Positions 37,005 through 51,022 of a DNA stretch of 64,000 nucleotides are shown one piece after another. The stretch's first letter is position 1. Each line of letters starts with the position of its first letter. A program made the position numbers and the translations under genes. Source of the stretch: Squalus acanthias (Eukaryota); assembly GCA_030390025.1 (NCBI GenBank), contig CM059437.1, positions 27,652,001 to 27,716,000 of the forward strand. The letters run 5' to 3'. The notes under the pieces are model-generated. The model did no database searches. It was not told the DNA's origin and saw only the letters and a list, made by a program, of their open reading frames with translations.

Positions 37005-37802
37005 TTAAAAGTTTGATTTTGAAAAGATAAATTGATCTTTTAAGTTTACTTCTGTGTGTTATGAGGTGGAGGCAGCGGTTCTTAAGGTTACTAAGGTGTT
37101 CAATGAATTATCAACGGCAAAAAAAAACTCAGAAAACACATCACAATCCCATCCCCTGTCCCAGGTCCAGTTTTGGTAAAAGGTGGAAACTCTAGTTAGG
37201 CCGTCACCTACACTCCAGCTCCCTCTAGGCACCCTGGGGTCTAGTACTCCAGCCCATCTCCAGTCTCAGGAGCCCACTGGGTACCCATGGGGCCCAGTAC
37301 ATCAGTCAGCTCCAGTTTCAGGATGACCATCTCACGGAAGTGATTGAGTGGAGCTGCGCTGGTTGCCCAGAGAGAGGAAAAATTAGAGGACAAGTTAATC
37401 AGTCAACAAATGGCATTGGTAGAGATAAGAAAAGGGCATAAGGCTTCCTTGACAGCTCAGTATTATATCTAGTTAGTAGCTAAGGCATACACACCCAAAA
37501 TAAATCCAAGGTTTGAGCCTTTGTCTCTGCTTAGTTAGCTGATCTCAGTCAGGTTTGTGGTAGCGCTGCTGTAATTGACCTCAGCCTCCTGGGCTAAGCA
37601 GAGGAAAAACCATCAGCCTTCCTGCTGGAAGTGCTTATGTATGGATGTGGAGTGAGGAATGGACCAGGCTCAGCTCTGCTGACCCTGGAGTCGGAGAGCC
37701 TGCAAACATTCACTGTCAAAGCTTACACGCCAATGATGGTCAGTGGAGGAGGTGCAGGAGAGTGACTGACCATTGTGGATTGGTGCCCCAGCAAGGAGTC
37801 AA

Positions 37803-38231
37803 TGAAAGAAAAAAGAAATGTTGAATTAATATAGCATCTTTCATGACCTCAGGACATTCCAAAGCGTTTTACAGCCAATGAAGTACTTTTTGGAGTGTAG
37901 TCACTGTTGTGATGTAGGAAACGTGGCAGACAAATTGCGCACAGCAAGCTTCCACAAACAGCAATGTGTTAATGACCAAATAATCTGTTTTTTTTTAGTG
38001 ATGTTGATTGAGGGTTAAATATTGGCCAGGACACCGGGGAGAACTCCCCTGCTCTTCTTCGAAATAGTGCCATGGGATCTTTTACATCCACCTGAGAGAG
38101 CAGACGGGGCCTCGGTTTAACGCCTCATCCGAAAGACGGCACCTCCGACAGTGCAGCACTCCCTCGGCACTGCACTGCAGTGTCAGCCTAGATTTTTGTA
38201 CTCAAGTCTCGGGAGTGGGACTTGAACCCAC

Positions 38232-38273
<42 letters not shown>

Positions 38274-38282
38274 GGCTGACAC
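37803..38282 (-). mobile_element. DeuSINE, full length
   Basis: Close reverse-complement match to 2543-3008. Confidence 0.88.
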
Positions 38283-39014
38283 TTCAAGGAAGGTGGGGAT
38301 GGGAGAAAAAAAGAAGGGAAAAAGGGCATTGACTCACACTCTGGGTCACGGTCATGCATGCCACAAGGTGAGGGGGAAGAAAAGGAAAATGGCGGAAGAG
38401 CGAGAATTAAATAGCTGTAAATAATTATCATCAAACATTGGCTGACACCATAATAATTGCCAAAGAAAAAGAAAATCTCCACGAGCGCTGCGATTTAACC
38501 CCATGTTGTTCTCAATCCATCGCTCACCTCCAACCTGTACCTCTACCGTAAATGTTCGTCAGTTCCAATCTGGAACATTGGACTGTATTTTCTCTTTCAG
38601 ATGCTGACTGACTGACCGGCTCTGCATTTCCAGCATTTACTTTCTGTACTATTTACAAAAAAATAAACCGCCGTAGCCAAGTTTAATTTTTTTTAAAGTT
38701 GGCCACTAACGCTGTTTGAGAGCGAGGTATTGTTTGTGATTTCCACCGGCAACAAGATTAAAATGGACAGCAGCACAGACTGCATTAGAGTGGAGTTACC
38801 GTCGCTGTTTATGAGCCAAAAGGCACAGTGAAGAAGCTGGGTTGTATACGTGCTTGAATGACAGAGGAAAGTGCACTGTTAATGCAAAAACCTTCTGTAA
38901 TCTCTTCAGTACGTGGCGTGCCAGTGCACAATTGGTTGCTAGGGCAACTGAAAAACTTGTATGATTCTTTTATCCTTTCACCGTTCCATTTCACTCCGAC
39001 TTAGCTACTTTGAC

Positions 39015-39552
39015 CTAGAAATTATTGGCGTCGTGCCAGGTTTACAGCCATAAAACGGGGAGCCTGAGTGTCCAAAATGGCGGGCGGCATGCGTGCACAC
39101 ATTTTGTGCCGGAAGTGCACCGCCTGCCATATTGGTAAAGGCTCCTGTATAGGCATCCAGGGCCCGTGCCTGAAACAAGCATTCAGTCCTTTGCATATAC
39201 AAATAGGCGGCCAAAGGTTCGTGTGAGGCCCTCTTTCCAAAATTGGCTAGCGATTGACCGCAGCACGCGCCATGTAAGCTGCGGTCAGTATTCTTAGGCA
39301 CTTGGCAGCCAAACCAGTGGTCCTTAAAGGAGCCGCTGGAGGCTGCCTCCCGAAAGGTAAGTTTTTTTTGTTCCTTACCTCATTGTGGAGCCGGGAGGAG
39401 CAGTAGTGCCCCTCCCACTCCACATTAAATTCACGGGACGCTGCCGGGCACCACTCACACCCACACCCCCCCACACCCCACCCCCATTGCCTCTGCTTAC
39501 CACCTAGATTGCCGTCCGAAAAACAGGCGCTATACGACCCAATTTCTGGGCC
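39015..39552. mobile_element. Harbinger-like MITE
   Basis: Ends CCTAGAAATT ... AATTTCTGGGCC; CpG-rich subtermini. Confidence 0.55.
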
Positions 39553-39767
39553 ATCCACTCCAGTAAAACATTCCTTCCCTGTGGTAATCAGTTGCAAATA
39601 ATATTTACTCCAGCAGTTATGTGTACCTTTCGCCTGTAACAAAGCTTGTCCCATCTAGATGTTTGACCCAATTGGTGATTGTCTGTAAAAGTAAATGGAT
39701 GAGCTAGTGCATTAATGCCCACTGGTGTGGTGGCCAGATATACAGAGGGATGGCAGAATCCTGGATC

Positions 39768-40250
39768 AAAAGAATCATAGAAACTTACAGCACAGAAGGA
39801 GGCCATTCGGCCCATCGTGCCTGTGCTGGCTCTTTGAAAGAGCAGTCGTGCTTAGTCCCACATCCCCGCTTTTTGTCCGTAACCCTGTAAGTTCCTCGTC
39901 CTCAAGTATCTGTCCAACTCCCTTTTAATATTATTGATGGAATCAGCTTCCACCACCTTTTCAGGTAGAGCATTCCAGATCCCGACAACTCTCCGAGTGA
40001 AACATTTTTTCCTCATCTTCCGTCTAGATCTTTTGCCAATGATTTTGAATCTATGACCTCTAGTTATTGACCCACTCACCAGAGGGAATAACTTTTTTCT
40101 ATCTACTCTATCAAAACCTCGCGTCATCTTGAAAACCTCTATTAGGTCACCTCTTAACCTTCTCTGTTCCAAGGAGAACAGTCCGAACTTTTCCAACCTC
40201 TCGTCATAACTGAAGTCTCTCATCCCTGGTAAACCTCCTCTATACCCTTT
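39768..40250 (-). mobile_element. CR1 3' fragment
   Basis: YDERLEKFGLFSLEQRRLRGDLIEVFK motif and CR1 tail. Confidence 0.88.
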
Positions 40251-41216
40251 CGAAGAATGAATGAACGTTTCTGGGAATAATGTAATGTTGTCAATATTGA
40301 GTGCAAGGCGGTGCAGTAGATGTCATGGAGCCTCATTTGCTGTGAGAAGACATCATTGCAAAAATGTCTCAACATTGCAACGATAGCGCCACAGTGGTGA
40401 CCATTCCCCTTTAAGCACTCTGAGATTTTTTGAGGCTGCTTCCTTCCTTCATATCTGCGGCTCACTCCTGTGAAGATCAAGTTAAAGTTGGTCTTTGTGG
40501 CCCACCTTGGTCACTTGGAGTTCGCCCCTGGAAGCACAGCCTCTGCATTCTAATGGCGTTCTCCCTGTAGACAAGTCCCAACCAGCTGGCATGTACCGTA
40601 ATGGTGTGTGTAACTCACCTTAATGGAATTCCAAGGAAACAGAGTTCACCTTATTCAGGATGACTGATGCGTTATGGATACCACATCTTTTCTGTGTGAC
40701 ACACAGATGAACGGAATAAAAAGAATGAAATGAACGGGTTAAAGCCACCGTTCAATGGAATTTCATACACACCAGGTTGAACATTTGCGTGCTAACATTC
40801 ACACAGGGTAATTTCAAGGTCTTACATGCCATAACCCTGACTGTGCCTGCCTGTTGACTTTATTCAACTGTCCAGACTTGCAGCAATTTGCAGAGTTTTC
40901 CAGTTCATTTTTATTGCACCAGTTACAAAACTGATTTGCAAATGCAGATGGGCTGTAGATTTTCTTCCCTTTTGCTTTTTCAACTTTCTCTCTTTATTTG
41001 GCCATGCATTTCCTCGGAGCTGCTCCTGCTCCCCCCACCGTAACTTCACCGGAAGCGCGTTTACGTGCGGATTGCCGCCCCACATCTGGAGGAGTTATGG
41101 TGGTGGGACCGGGAGCGACTCTGTGGTCATACCCGGCCTTTGTGAATGCTTATTCTTAACAAGGTGAAGGATGTCGGTGCAGGCAAATGGATCGCTTTCC
41201 ATTTTGGGAACTCAGT

Positions 41217-41686
41217 GGGGAATTTTAACCCAACCCCCGCCCCCTCCCGCCGCCTCTCCACGCGCTGGGTGGGAATGGGGTGAGTGAGGCCTTGTGGGGG
41301 GAGGAGAGGGAGATTGGAGGCCTCGTGGGGGGAGATTGGTGGCCTTGGGTGGGGGAGTTGGAGGCCTCTCTTGGGGCAGATCGGAAGTGTCGGTGGGGGG
41401 GGAGGGGGGTGGTGTCCGATCAGGGGGAGTTGGCGAGGCAGGGACGCTGGAACCAGCAGGAAAGCGGAAAGGCACTTACCTCCTGGATCCAGCAGTCCTC
41501 GCCTTCCTCTAGCTGGCGGGTTCCCCAAGGCCCAGGAAACCCGCCCAGCTGGAGTTAAATTTGTAATGGTGAATCACCACGAGGCACGCCAGCCTCATTA
41601 TAATATTTAAATGGACGACCCGCCTCCTGGACTCTTTAACCTCCCACTCGACCCCAACCCACCCGTTATTGGAGGTTAAAATCCCC
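41217..41686. mobile_element. G-rich MITE, followed by a DeuSINE tail
   Basis: TIRs GGGGAATTTTAACC / GGTTAAAATCCCC. Confidence 0.7.
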
Positions 41687-44600
41687 CCTACACTTCAAAA
41701 AGTACTTCATTGGCTGTAAAGCGCTTTGGGACGTCCTGAGGTGGTGGAAGGCGCTATATAAATGCAAGCTTTTCTTTTTTCTTTGGACAGGTCCGGGGCG
41801 CACCCTGCAACATACTCCGGAGAGAGTCTGACCTGCTGCACCTTGCACCATATCGCTATGCAGAAAGCATCGCCGCTGGAGGAGGCGGATCTACAAGAGG
41901 ACTCATCTTCTGACGAGAAAAAGTTGGGCGATGGCAAGGGAGAAACAAGAAGAAGGAGACCCAAAGTATAGCGAAGCAGCAAGCCAGAGCCTAACGGAAG
42001 AAAACAACCACAGGATTATATGCAACATGGGGATATGCAACAGAACAGAAGGAATCAATTACTGCAAAATTGAAGAAAAACAAAAGGGAACACCAAACAA
42101 TCTCCACTACAGACGAACCAACCACAGGCCAAAAAACCTCGACTTTAGATCATGAATATCTCACTCCACAGCTAGACAGGGTCACCCGATTACCTTATTG
42201 GATCTGCAGTTCTGCCAAGTTGAACCATATTCCATGATTTGGAAAGAGGTCGCTGCCAAGGTTGCGAAAATGGTTTAAAAATATACGTGACAAAATAGAA
42301 CAACCAGAAGGCAGATTAATGCAACCCCTCCCACTCCACACTCCTGCTCCCCAGTCAATCAAATGATCAGGAGCATTGGGCACAACAGTAAGTGCAAAAA
42401 CATGCAGTCGGGAATTTATATAAAACCTGCCCTCCCTGCAATCAAGCATTTTTGAATTCTAGCGCGGGCGCAACACTGGCCCCATGCTTTCCCAGTGATC
42501 CCCTGTGAACTCTGGCAGGGTCAGTGCTGGAGAGTGCCGGCGGGGACGATGCACCACAGATGTCGGGAACCACTTCTTCAAGTTCACAAGATGGACACGG
42601 ATGAGGGAGGCCATCTGACCCATCGTAACCCATCCGTTCAGAGAGAACCGACACTTCCTGTCGCTCTCGGTGCTGGACTCGGGAAGGAATGGGGCCAGAG
42701 AGGGAGAGGAGCGAAAGAGAAAGGCAGGCTCAGAGTCTGGCTCCAGCTTGTCAATGAACTTGAAATGAGCCAATTTGTGGTTAATGTTTTTTTTTATCCC
42801 TAACGACACAGCCCAGTTGAGCATCTGACTCAAAGACGCAAGTGTGTGAGACCAACACAGATTAGAGGTTGCAGCACAGAAAAATAAGTTGGTAATGACT
42901 GCTGCAAGCAGTTACAACTAGAAGCTGGAGGAGCTGCTTCCATGAGCAGAAATACAATCTGACTGCTGTCATTCTTGGAAGCTGGCCCATTGCTATTTTT
43001 CTGGTATTGAAATAGTGGCTCTGCTGGAAATCTACCAACAATCTGAAGATACGCCTGTGCACAACTTTGGACAACAATTAATAAAACCGTCCGTTTATTT
43101 CCAGTGTTACGGGACGAAATCTACTAAAGAGACTCCAGACGAGCCCCTGGTCCTCCTTTGCTGGAACTGGGCCTGCCCCACTGCACAAGTGACTCGTTCC
43201 CTTTCCTTTGAAATATTAGTGACAATCTCCACAAAACAACCCCTCAGAGGAACCAAACATCCATTCCTGCAGTGTTCAGAGTGTGCTGGTAGTCCATAGT
43301 GAGCTCGTACCTTGAAACGATACAAAACAGTGTGCACAGAATTCCAGAACATTTATCCACTCTTAGCTGTTGCCTGTGCAAAGTAAATCCGACCGCTGCC
43401 AGCACATAGCTCAAAAGAATTACAGCACTGTGATCTCTTTCATTTGCTGCAAGTTGGGTATGAGTCATTCGCTCTACCCCCTCAACCGCCCCCCACCCCC
43501 ACCACCGCCACCTCTCCCCCAGCCACGACGCCACCCCCTTAGGTTTTTTTGGACATTAATTTTGTCAGCACGGGCAAGCCCTACCTGTTGCTGAGTGTTG
43601 GAGTACATCCAGCTCAAGTGACAGCAGGCACTGGAAAGTGGGCCTTTCTGCTGGTGTGGTGCTACTGTCCACAGCTGGGAGGTTAAAGAGAATCTGGCAG
43701 TGCAAAGAAAAAGAAGAAAAAAAAAGCTCTTCTGCCTGGGCTGTTTATGCTGTCTGGGAACCCGGCCATCGTCAAAAGACCAGTCGCATGATGGGGAAAC
43801 TGTCAGTAGGATTTGACTGCTGGTTGGAAAGTCTTTCGGATGAGACATTAAACCGAGGCCTTGTCTGCTCGCTCAGGTGGACATAAAAGATCCCACGGCA
43901 CTATTTCGAAGAACAACATGGGAGTTATCCCCGGTGTCCTGGCCTTTCACGACCTCAGGACGTCCCAAAGCGCTTTACAGCCAATGAAGTATTTTGAAGT
44001 GTAGTCACTGTTGTAATGTAGGAGAAGATGGTGGTGGGCCTTCTGCTTGAACCGCTGCAGTCTGTGCGGTGAAGGTGCTCCTACATTGCTGTTAGGGAGG
44101 GAGTTGCAGGATTTTGACCCAGCCACGATGAAGGATTGGTGATATATATATCCAAGTCAGGATGGCGTGGGACTTGGAGGGGAAGTCATAGCTTTAGATA
44201 CTAAACAGACCTTAGGGTTCTGATTTAGGGTGTGTCCACCAATCAGGCGACTGCACTAAGGACAGCCCTTCCCAAACCCCCAGGCCTACTAAATTAGAAG
44301 AGGAGACATGAGTGAGTAAGAAGGCAAAGCCAAAACTACGTTACCTAGGCTTCGTGAGGTGGAATTGCCAAGGTTCCTGGGCTGCGCTGCCAGGGCTCAT
44401 GGACGGGACACGACTCATCAACCATAGTTTGGCGCTCCTTTGCTCTATCTGCAACACCACCAGCTCCTGGCAACAACCAAGCCAAGATAGCCCTCCCCGT
44501 GACTCACTGGGTAAATGCAGCACAAAACTGAGGCATTCAGCCCAAGGAGCTGAAACCAAGCTCAGTTTTGAGCCTGGCTGAGTTAACCGCTGTTGACCGA

Positions 44601-45661
44601 GGCTGCAGCTGAGGTGCTACAACTGGCTTCAGTGTCCCCGAGCTTGGAAGAGGAGGAAAAAATAAATAAAAATGAACGACCAAGATTCCCATTCCGGACT
44701 GTGAGCCGTGCAAGAACAGTGCACATGTGGATTCTACATGTGTACGAGACCGGGCAAGGCTATCATGTGGCCCACAGTTGAACAGCCTGCCACTCTGGTG
44801 AGATAGCAGAGGGCTGCTGGTATCCATGGGAACTGTATCCCGTCACACGAGTCAGTGCGTTCAGGAGACGAGTGGACAAAAGGAAATTAAATGCAAGATG
44901 TTAATTCACTGATCCATGACCAACAAAAAATGTTTTAAGTGGGTTGATTTATCTTTTCTGTGGTATTGGTAATGTGTACAAGTGGCAGCATGTTTGGTGT
45001 TAAAGGCTATTTTCTGCAATTTGTGTAAAAAAATTTCATACCCACAGTGCCAGCGAGCTTGACAAACACTGTGCAAGCGCGGCGCATATATTTCAGTTAC
45101 AGCCACCTTTGCACAGCATGAGCTATCAGATGAATCACTCTGAATGGGCATGATGCCCTCACAGATTGCCGAGAGTTATGGTATAAATAGATTCTGGTCC
45201 ACTGCCCTGGTCATTCATCGACTGTAGTAAATTTTTCCCGAAGGTTCCAAATGTCCTGCAGCGATAAACTGAAGGCAGGAAAAGCACTGGCATCGTACAG
45301 ACTCATCAGTAAGAACCCCTCCCCCCACCGCTTTAATATATTGTATACAGTAGCTATAATGTCGTCTCAACGTGACTGCATGCGCCTTTAAGAATAATTC
45401 TGATTTCCATCACTTATGGCCAGTGGGATGGGTTGTAAAGCCAATCCATGAGCGAGAATCTGATCACAGCCCAATATACAGGAACTGATCTGGAAGGTGA
45501 GCAACCTGGCATATATGAGTTCTGAGTTCTCTTTACTTTTGGCCACCCGGCTACAATGTCCCTTTGGATTTACAAAGGATGTCGGCCATGGCTCAGTTGA
45601 TAGCACTCTCGCCTTCTGAGTCAGAAGGTTGTGGGTTCAAGTCCCACTCCAAAGACTTGGA

Positions 45662-48600
45662 AATTTTGGAAGAAATTTTGGAAGATCACAACCAATGCAT
45701 CCACTCTTTTAGAACCCTAGGATGTAGGTCATAAGGTCCAGGGGATTTGTCGGCTTTAAGTCCCATTAGTTTCTCAAGTACTTTTCTCACCTGATTTTAA
45801 TTACTTTAAGTTCCTCGCTCTCATTAGACCCTTGGTTCCCCACTGTTTTTGGTATACTTTTTGTGCCTTCTACTGTGAAGACAGATACAACATTTTTGTT
45901 TGAAGCCTCTGCCTTTTCCTTGTTCCCCAATATAATTTCTCCTGTCTCAGCCTCTAAGGGACCAACGCTTACTTTTGCTACTCTCTTCCCTTTTACATAC
46001 TTGTAGAAGCTCTTACAATCTGTTTTTATATTTCTTGCTAATTTACTCTCATTCTATTTTCTCCCTTTTTATCAATTTTTTGGTCATCCTTTGCTGGTTT
46101 CTAAAGCTCTCCCAATCCTCAGGCTACTACTATTCTTTGCAGCATTATAAGCCTCTTCTTTTAATCTAATACTATCCTTAACTTCTTTAGTGAGCCACAG
46201 ATGGCTCATTTTTCCCGTGGAGTTTTTATTTCTCACTGGAATATATATTCGTTGAGAAATTTAGGATATTTCTTTAAATGATTGCCATTGCTTATCTACT
46301 GTCATACCTTTTAATCTAATTTCCCAATCTACCTTTGCCAAGTCGCCCTTCATACCTACGCAATTGGCTTTGTTTAAGTTTAAGGGCTGGAATTTCTCAA
46401 TGGAGACGTGATGGAGGCGGAATTGCTGCTTGCCGGGTCTCTGTCCCGCCTCCATCAGCCTCTGACCAACCAGAGGGATTTTCCCCGATTGACCTTGTTA
46501 AGCCCGCCCATCAGGCTCAGCAGGTCAATTAGGGGGAAGTCACTGACAGAGCACGTCAACGTCTGACATGCCATCTGTCAAGATTTCTTGAAAGAAGAAA
46601 TGTCAGCGTTTGACAGCTCTGTGAAGCTGTCAAACACTGGCATTCTGTGTAGTTTGATGAGACCTTGTGTTCAGGACTCATCAAACCTTTCAACTTTGTA
46701 GAAATCACCTGGCTGTTGGTTCAGAGGATCCAACAGCCAGTCTGTGAAATCTACAATGAAGATGTTGGGACTCCGGATCCACCGCGGCTGAAGGCTGTAG
46801 GCAGAAACAAAGGTAAGTGAACATTTTATAACACTTAGCACTCACCTTACATAATTACCACTCTACACTTGCACCCATCACTCACCTCTACATCTCACTT
46901 TCAGACCCCTCTGACCCCCGCAGACCTCCTTCATGTCTCCTCCACCCCGGCGGGGTTCTCCGAGATCGGGAAGCCTGCACTTGAAAAGGTAAAATGGGAC
47001 TAATTTTTTTTTCTGTTAAAAGGATTTAATCCCTTTCCCGCCTCGGAGACGGGACCTGGGGCAGGAGGGCTTCCCGCCTCCTGGCGAAAGGGCACGGAGG
47101 CGGGATGGGGGTGGGTTTGCCAGCCGCCCCCACATTCTGCAACTTTACCGACAGTCCCGCCTCCATACCCGCCTCCTTGGGGCTGACAAAATCCAGCCCT
47201 AAGGCACTAGTGTCGGACTTAAGAATGTCACTTTCAAACTCAATGTGAAATTCTGTCATATTATGATCACTCTTTCCTAGAGGATCCTGTACTATAAGAT
47301 TACTAACTAACCCTGTCTTATTACATAAAACAAGATCTAAAATAGCCTGTTCCATGGTTGGTTCCATGACGTATTGTTCTAGGAAACTGTCTCGAATACA
47401 TTCCATGAACTCGTCCTCCAGACTACCCGTGCCAATTTGTTTTGCCCAATCTATATGCAAATTAAAGTCCCCCACGATTATTGTATTACCTTTGTTACAA
47501 GCTCCTATTATTTCTTGATTAATACTCTGCCCAATGGTATAGCTATTGTTAGGTGGCCTATAAACTATTCCCACCACTGTTTTCTGCCCCTTGGTATTTC
47601 TTATCTTCACCCATACTGATTCTACGTCCTGATCTTCTGAACCAAGATCCTTTCTTACTACTGTCCTTATGTCATCCTTAATTAACAGGGCTACCCACCG
47701 AACTGTTCCATTCAGCCTGTCTTTTCGATAAGTCAAGTACCCTGGAATATTTAGTTCCCAATCCTGGTCATCTTACAACCATGTCTCTATAATGGCTATT
47801 AGATCATACCCATTTATCACTATTTGTGCCACTAATTAGTCTATCTTGTTACGAATGCTTCATGCATTCAGGAAAAGAGCCTTTAGTTTTAACCTTTTAC
47901 CTGTACCATTATTCCCTGCTTTCACCTTATTCGCTGATGCACGATTACCTTTAAACTCTCTGTCCCTTCCTGTCACACACTGCTTATCTTTACCCAAATC
48001 GCTACACTGCTCCATTGCCTTGACTTTTCTCTTTAGATTTCTAAATTTCCCCTCACCTGATTCCTCCCCCCCCCCCCCCTTTTTAGTTTAAAGCCCTATC
48101 TACAGTCCTAGTTATTCGATTCGCTAGGACGCTAGTCCCAGCCCAGTTTAAGTGGAGACCGTCCCAACAGAACAGTTCCCTCTTTCTCCAGTACTGGTGC
48201 CAGTGCCTCATGAATCAAAATCCCTTCCTCCCACACCACTCTTTGAGCCATGCATTTAACTCGCTGATCTGCTTGTCCCTATGCCAATTTGCACATCGCT
48301 CAGGTAACAATCCAGAGATTATTACCTTTGAGGTTCTTCTTTTTAATTTGGACCCTAGCTCCTCAAACTCTCTCAGCAGAACCTCATTCCTAATTCTACC
48401 TATGTTGTTAGTTCCTACTGGACCACGACAACTGGATCCTCCCCCTCCCACTTCAAATTCTTCTCCAGCCACGAGGAGATGTCTTTAACCCTGGCACCAG
48501 GCAGGCAACACAACCTTCGGAACTCTCGGTCGCGGCTGCAGAGAACAGTATCTATCCCCCTGACTATACTGTCGTCTACCACTACCACATTCTCTTTCAC

Positions 48601-49020
48601 TCCCCCCACTTGAATGGCCTCCTGTACCACGTTGCCAATGTCAGTTTGCTCATCCACCCTGCAGACTTTGCCCTCATCCACTCAGGCAGCAAGAACCTCA
48701 TACCTGTTGGATAAGGGCAAAGGCTGAGGCTCCTCCAGCACTACACCTGGGGTCCCCTTACCTGCCTGATTTGCAGTCACACCCTCCTGTCCCTGACCAC
48801 TAACCAGACCTGTACTACTACCTAACCTAAGGGCTGTGACTGCCTCCTGGATCAAAGTGTCCAGATAACTCTCCCCCTCCCTGATGCCCTGCAATGTCTG
48901 CACCTCGGACTCCAGCTCAACAACTCTGAGCTGAAGCTCCTCGAGTTGCAGACATGGTCGTCCGGGATCTCCACAAACTCCCACATGCTGCAGTTGCAGC
49001 ACACCACCTGCACTGCCATC
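45662..49020 (-). mobile_element. CR1 5' portion: ORF1 (coiled coil plus SGNH esterase-like domain) and ORF2 endonuclease; 3' half missing; interrupted by a MITE
   Basis: DSIVRG, CCLPGARVKD and GTNN ORF1 motifs at 48200-49020; GIVYRPPN, GDFN and SDHNM at 47200-47740. Confidence 0.88.
46384..47199. mobile_element. PIF/Harbinger MITE family B inserted in CR1
   Basis: TIRs GGGCTGGAATTT / AAAATCCAGCCC; TSD TAA; CR1 sequence resumes on both sides. Confidence 0.9.
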
Positions 49021-50266
49021 CTTTTATAACCTTGTTTTAATTATTTAGGTAATTAAAGTTTATGTATTTTAATTAACTTAGTTTACAGTTTCATTTTTAA
49101 CTAATTACCAGATCTAGTTTAAGTTCTAGGTAGATGAAATTAAATAATTACCTGTAACACAAAGCACTACAAGTATTGGAGGCAAAAAGCAACACCTCCT
49201 TCCCCCTCTGCTCCGAATTCCCACTCTCTCCAAATTCCCAAGTTTCAACACTCTGTTTAAGTGCACTCCATTTAAGACACTCTGTGCTGACCACTCTCCT
49301 GGGTGTATCCTGGGTTTTAAATGTCTATATCTATTTAAAAATCTTAGATCACATTTTGGGTGCACAAAACTTTACTTTGTTATATTTTTTGTCAAACTTT
49401 TGTGTCAATTTTTGCCATTATAAGTCCCTATCTCTATATTTATGATTGAACCCGTCTGCCTGTAATTGCACAATTTGGCCACTGGGTGATGCTATATCAC
49501 CTTTTCCCCCACAAATCACTCAAAATGCCTTCTCTCTTAAAGGCCTGGACTTGGACTTGATATTTTTGGCCATAGCTGTGAGGCTATGAGTTGAATTTGG
49601 ATTATGCAGTATGAGAATGTGAATTCACTTAATTCCCCAGGATGTACTGTTAATTCAGCTGTACTGATGGAATACTCATCTTTAGCTCATAACAGTTTCT
49701 GCTCAGTTGTTTTTCAAAATTGTTTGAAGAAAAACTAGTCAAATTTCAGTACATTTATTGAGGTAAAGTTTCTATTGAGTGTTCTTTTTTATAATAGGAA
49801 GTGAGAAGAAAGATGGACTATTGATTACACAAAGTTGTGGCTTTGTTTTGTGCTCTATAAACTTCAAAAAGTGCACCAAGCTGAGAGAGTCTTTCCTCGT
49901 AATAAGTTCAGTTCTCAAAAAAGTCAATTTTTAAAGCAGTCTCCAATCACTTTGTTGTCTTAAGTTAGAACAGCTAATAAATAATCATCTGATTATTGCC
50001 TGCATTCTGCTAATTGCTGGAGAATGTAAACATTCTTAATTACTAACATCTGTCAGACACAGAGAGACAGAGTGTCTTTCCTCTTCTTAATTTGAGCTTT
50101 TTAAATTAAAAAAAAAACTGAGTTGAATTGTGAAAGCTCCAAATATCATTTGTGTTTTGGTGATAGTAATTTGAATGTTTACATTTTCTTAGAGAGAGGG
50201 AGAAATGGTGAGGCAGAGAGACAGACAGATATACATCCGTGAATCAGTGACAATACACCAAATTAA

Positions 50267-51022
50267 GGGCTGGATTTTGAATGACCCATGGAGTCGGGTT
50301 TGGAGGTGTGTGGGGGGTTAAATTTGCGGGGTCGGGGGTCCCGACCCCATCCCGACTCCATCCCGCCTCCACGCAATTTTGACAAAATCAGTCGCGGGGT
50401 TCCCGACTCCGTCCCGCCTCCAAGAGGTGGGAGAGGCCATTAAAGCCCTTAACAAGCCCTAAATTGGCTCTGTAATGCCATTTTGAAATGTTTTAGCTAG
50501 TTTAACCCTTTTCCGACGTGAAGTACGCCTGATGTGAAACACGCCGGTGAAACCTGGTGGGAGCACAAGTGGATAGCTGACTATCAGCTGCAGGTCCACT
50601 ATTACAACGGAGATGTGATGAAGGTAGTAGTAGTATTAGGTCTGAAAGTTGATGCTGCTGCATTGAATATCTTCAGAGACTGCATGGCCTTTGCTGTGAG
50701 AGGACTTGGATGCAAAAAAATATTCTCTCTCTCTCTCTCTTCTCTCTCATTTTGCATCCAGGCCCACTCACATCAAAAGCCAGGCAGGTCCTCTCTCAAC
50801 AGCCAGACAGTCTCTGAGACCAGGCAGTCAGCAATGATGACATCATCAGAGGTGACTTTCAGACTGAAACCACTAATTAGTTCATGGGTTCCCACATGCT
50901 GGAACTCAATTGCCCAATTAAGTGAAAATTGCATCATTCATCCACATTAATCTGGAGTCGGGGGGGGAACACGAAATGCGGATGACACGACCCCAACCTG
51001 ACCCCAAGACAAAATCCAGCCC
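50267..51022. mobile_element. PIF/Harbinger non-autonomous element related to the Myb/SANT-bearing element at 60706
   Basis: TIRs GGGCTGGATTTTG / CAAAATCCAGCCC; TSD TAA; 50800-51022 is homologous to the reverse complement of ~60706-60945. Confidence 0.85.

Noticed and set aside
42193-42240. Candidate thra start exon (MVQLGRTADPIR with a phase-2 GTAATC donor)
   Set aside because: No resemblance to known TRalpha N-termini, and the donor is weak; likely chance.
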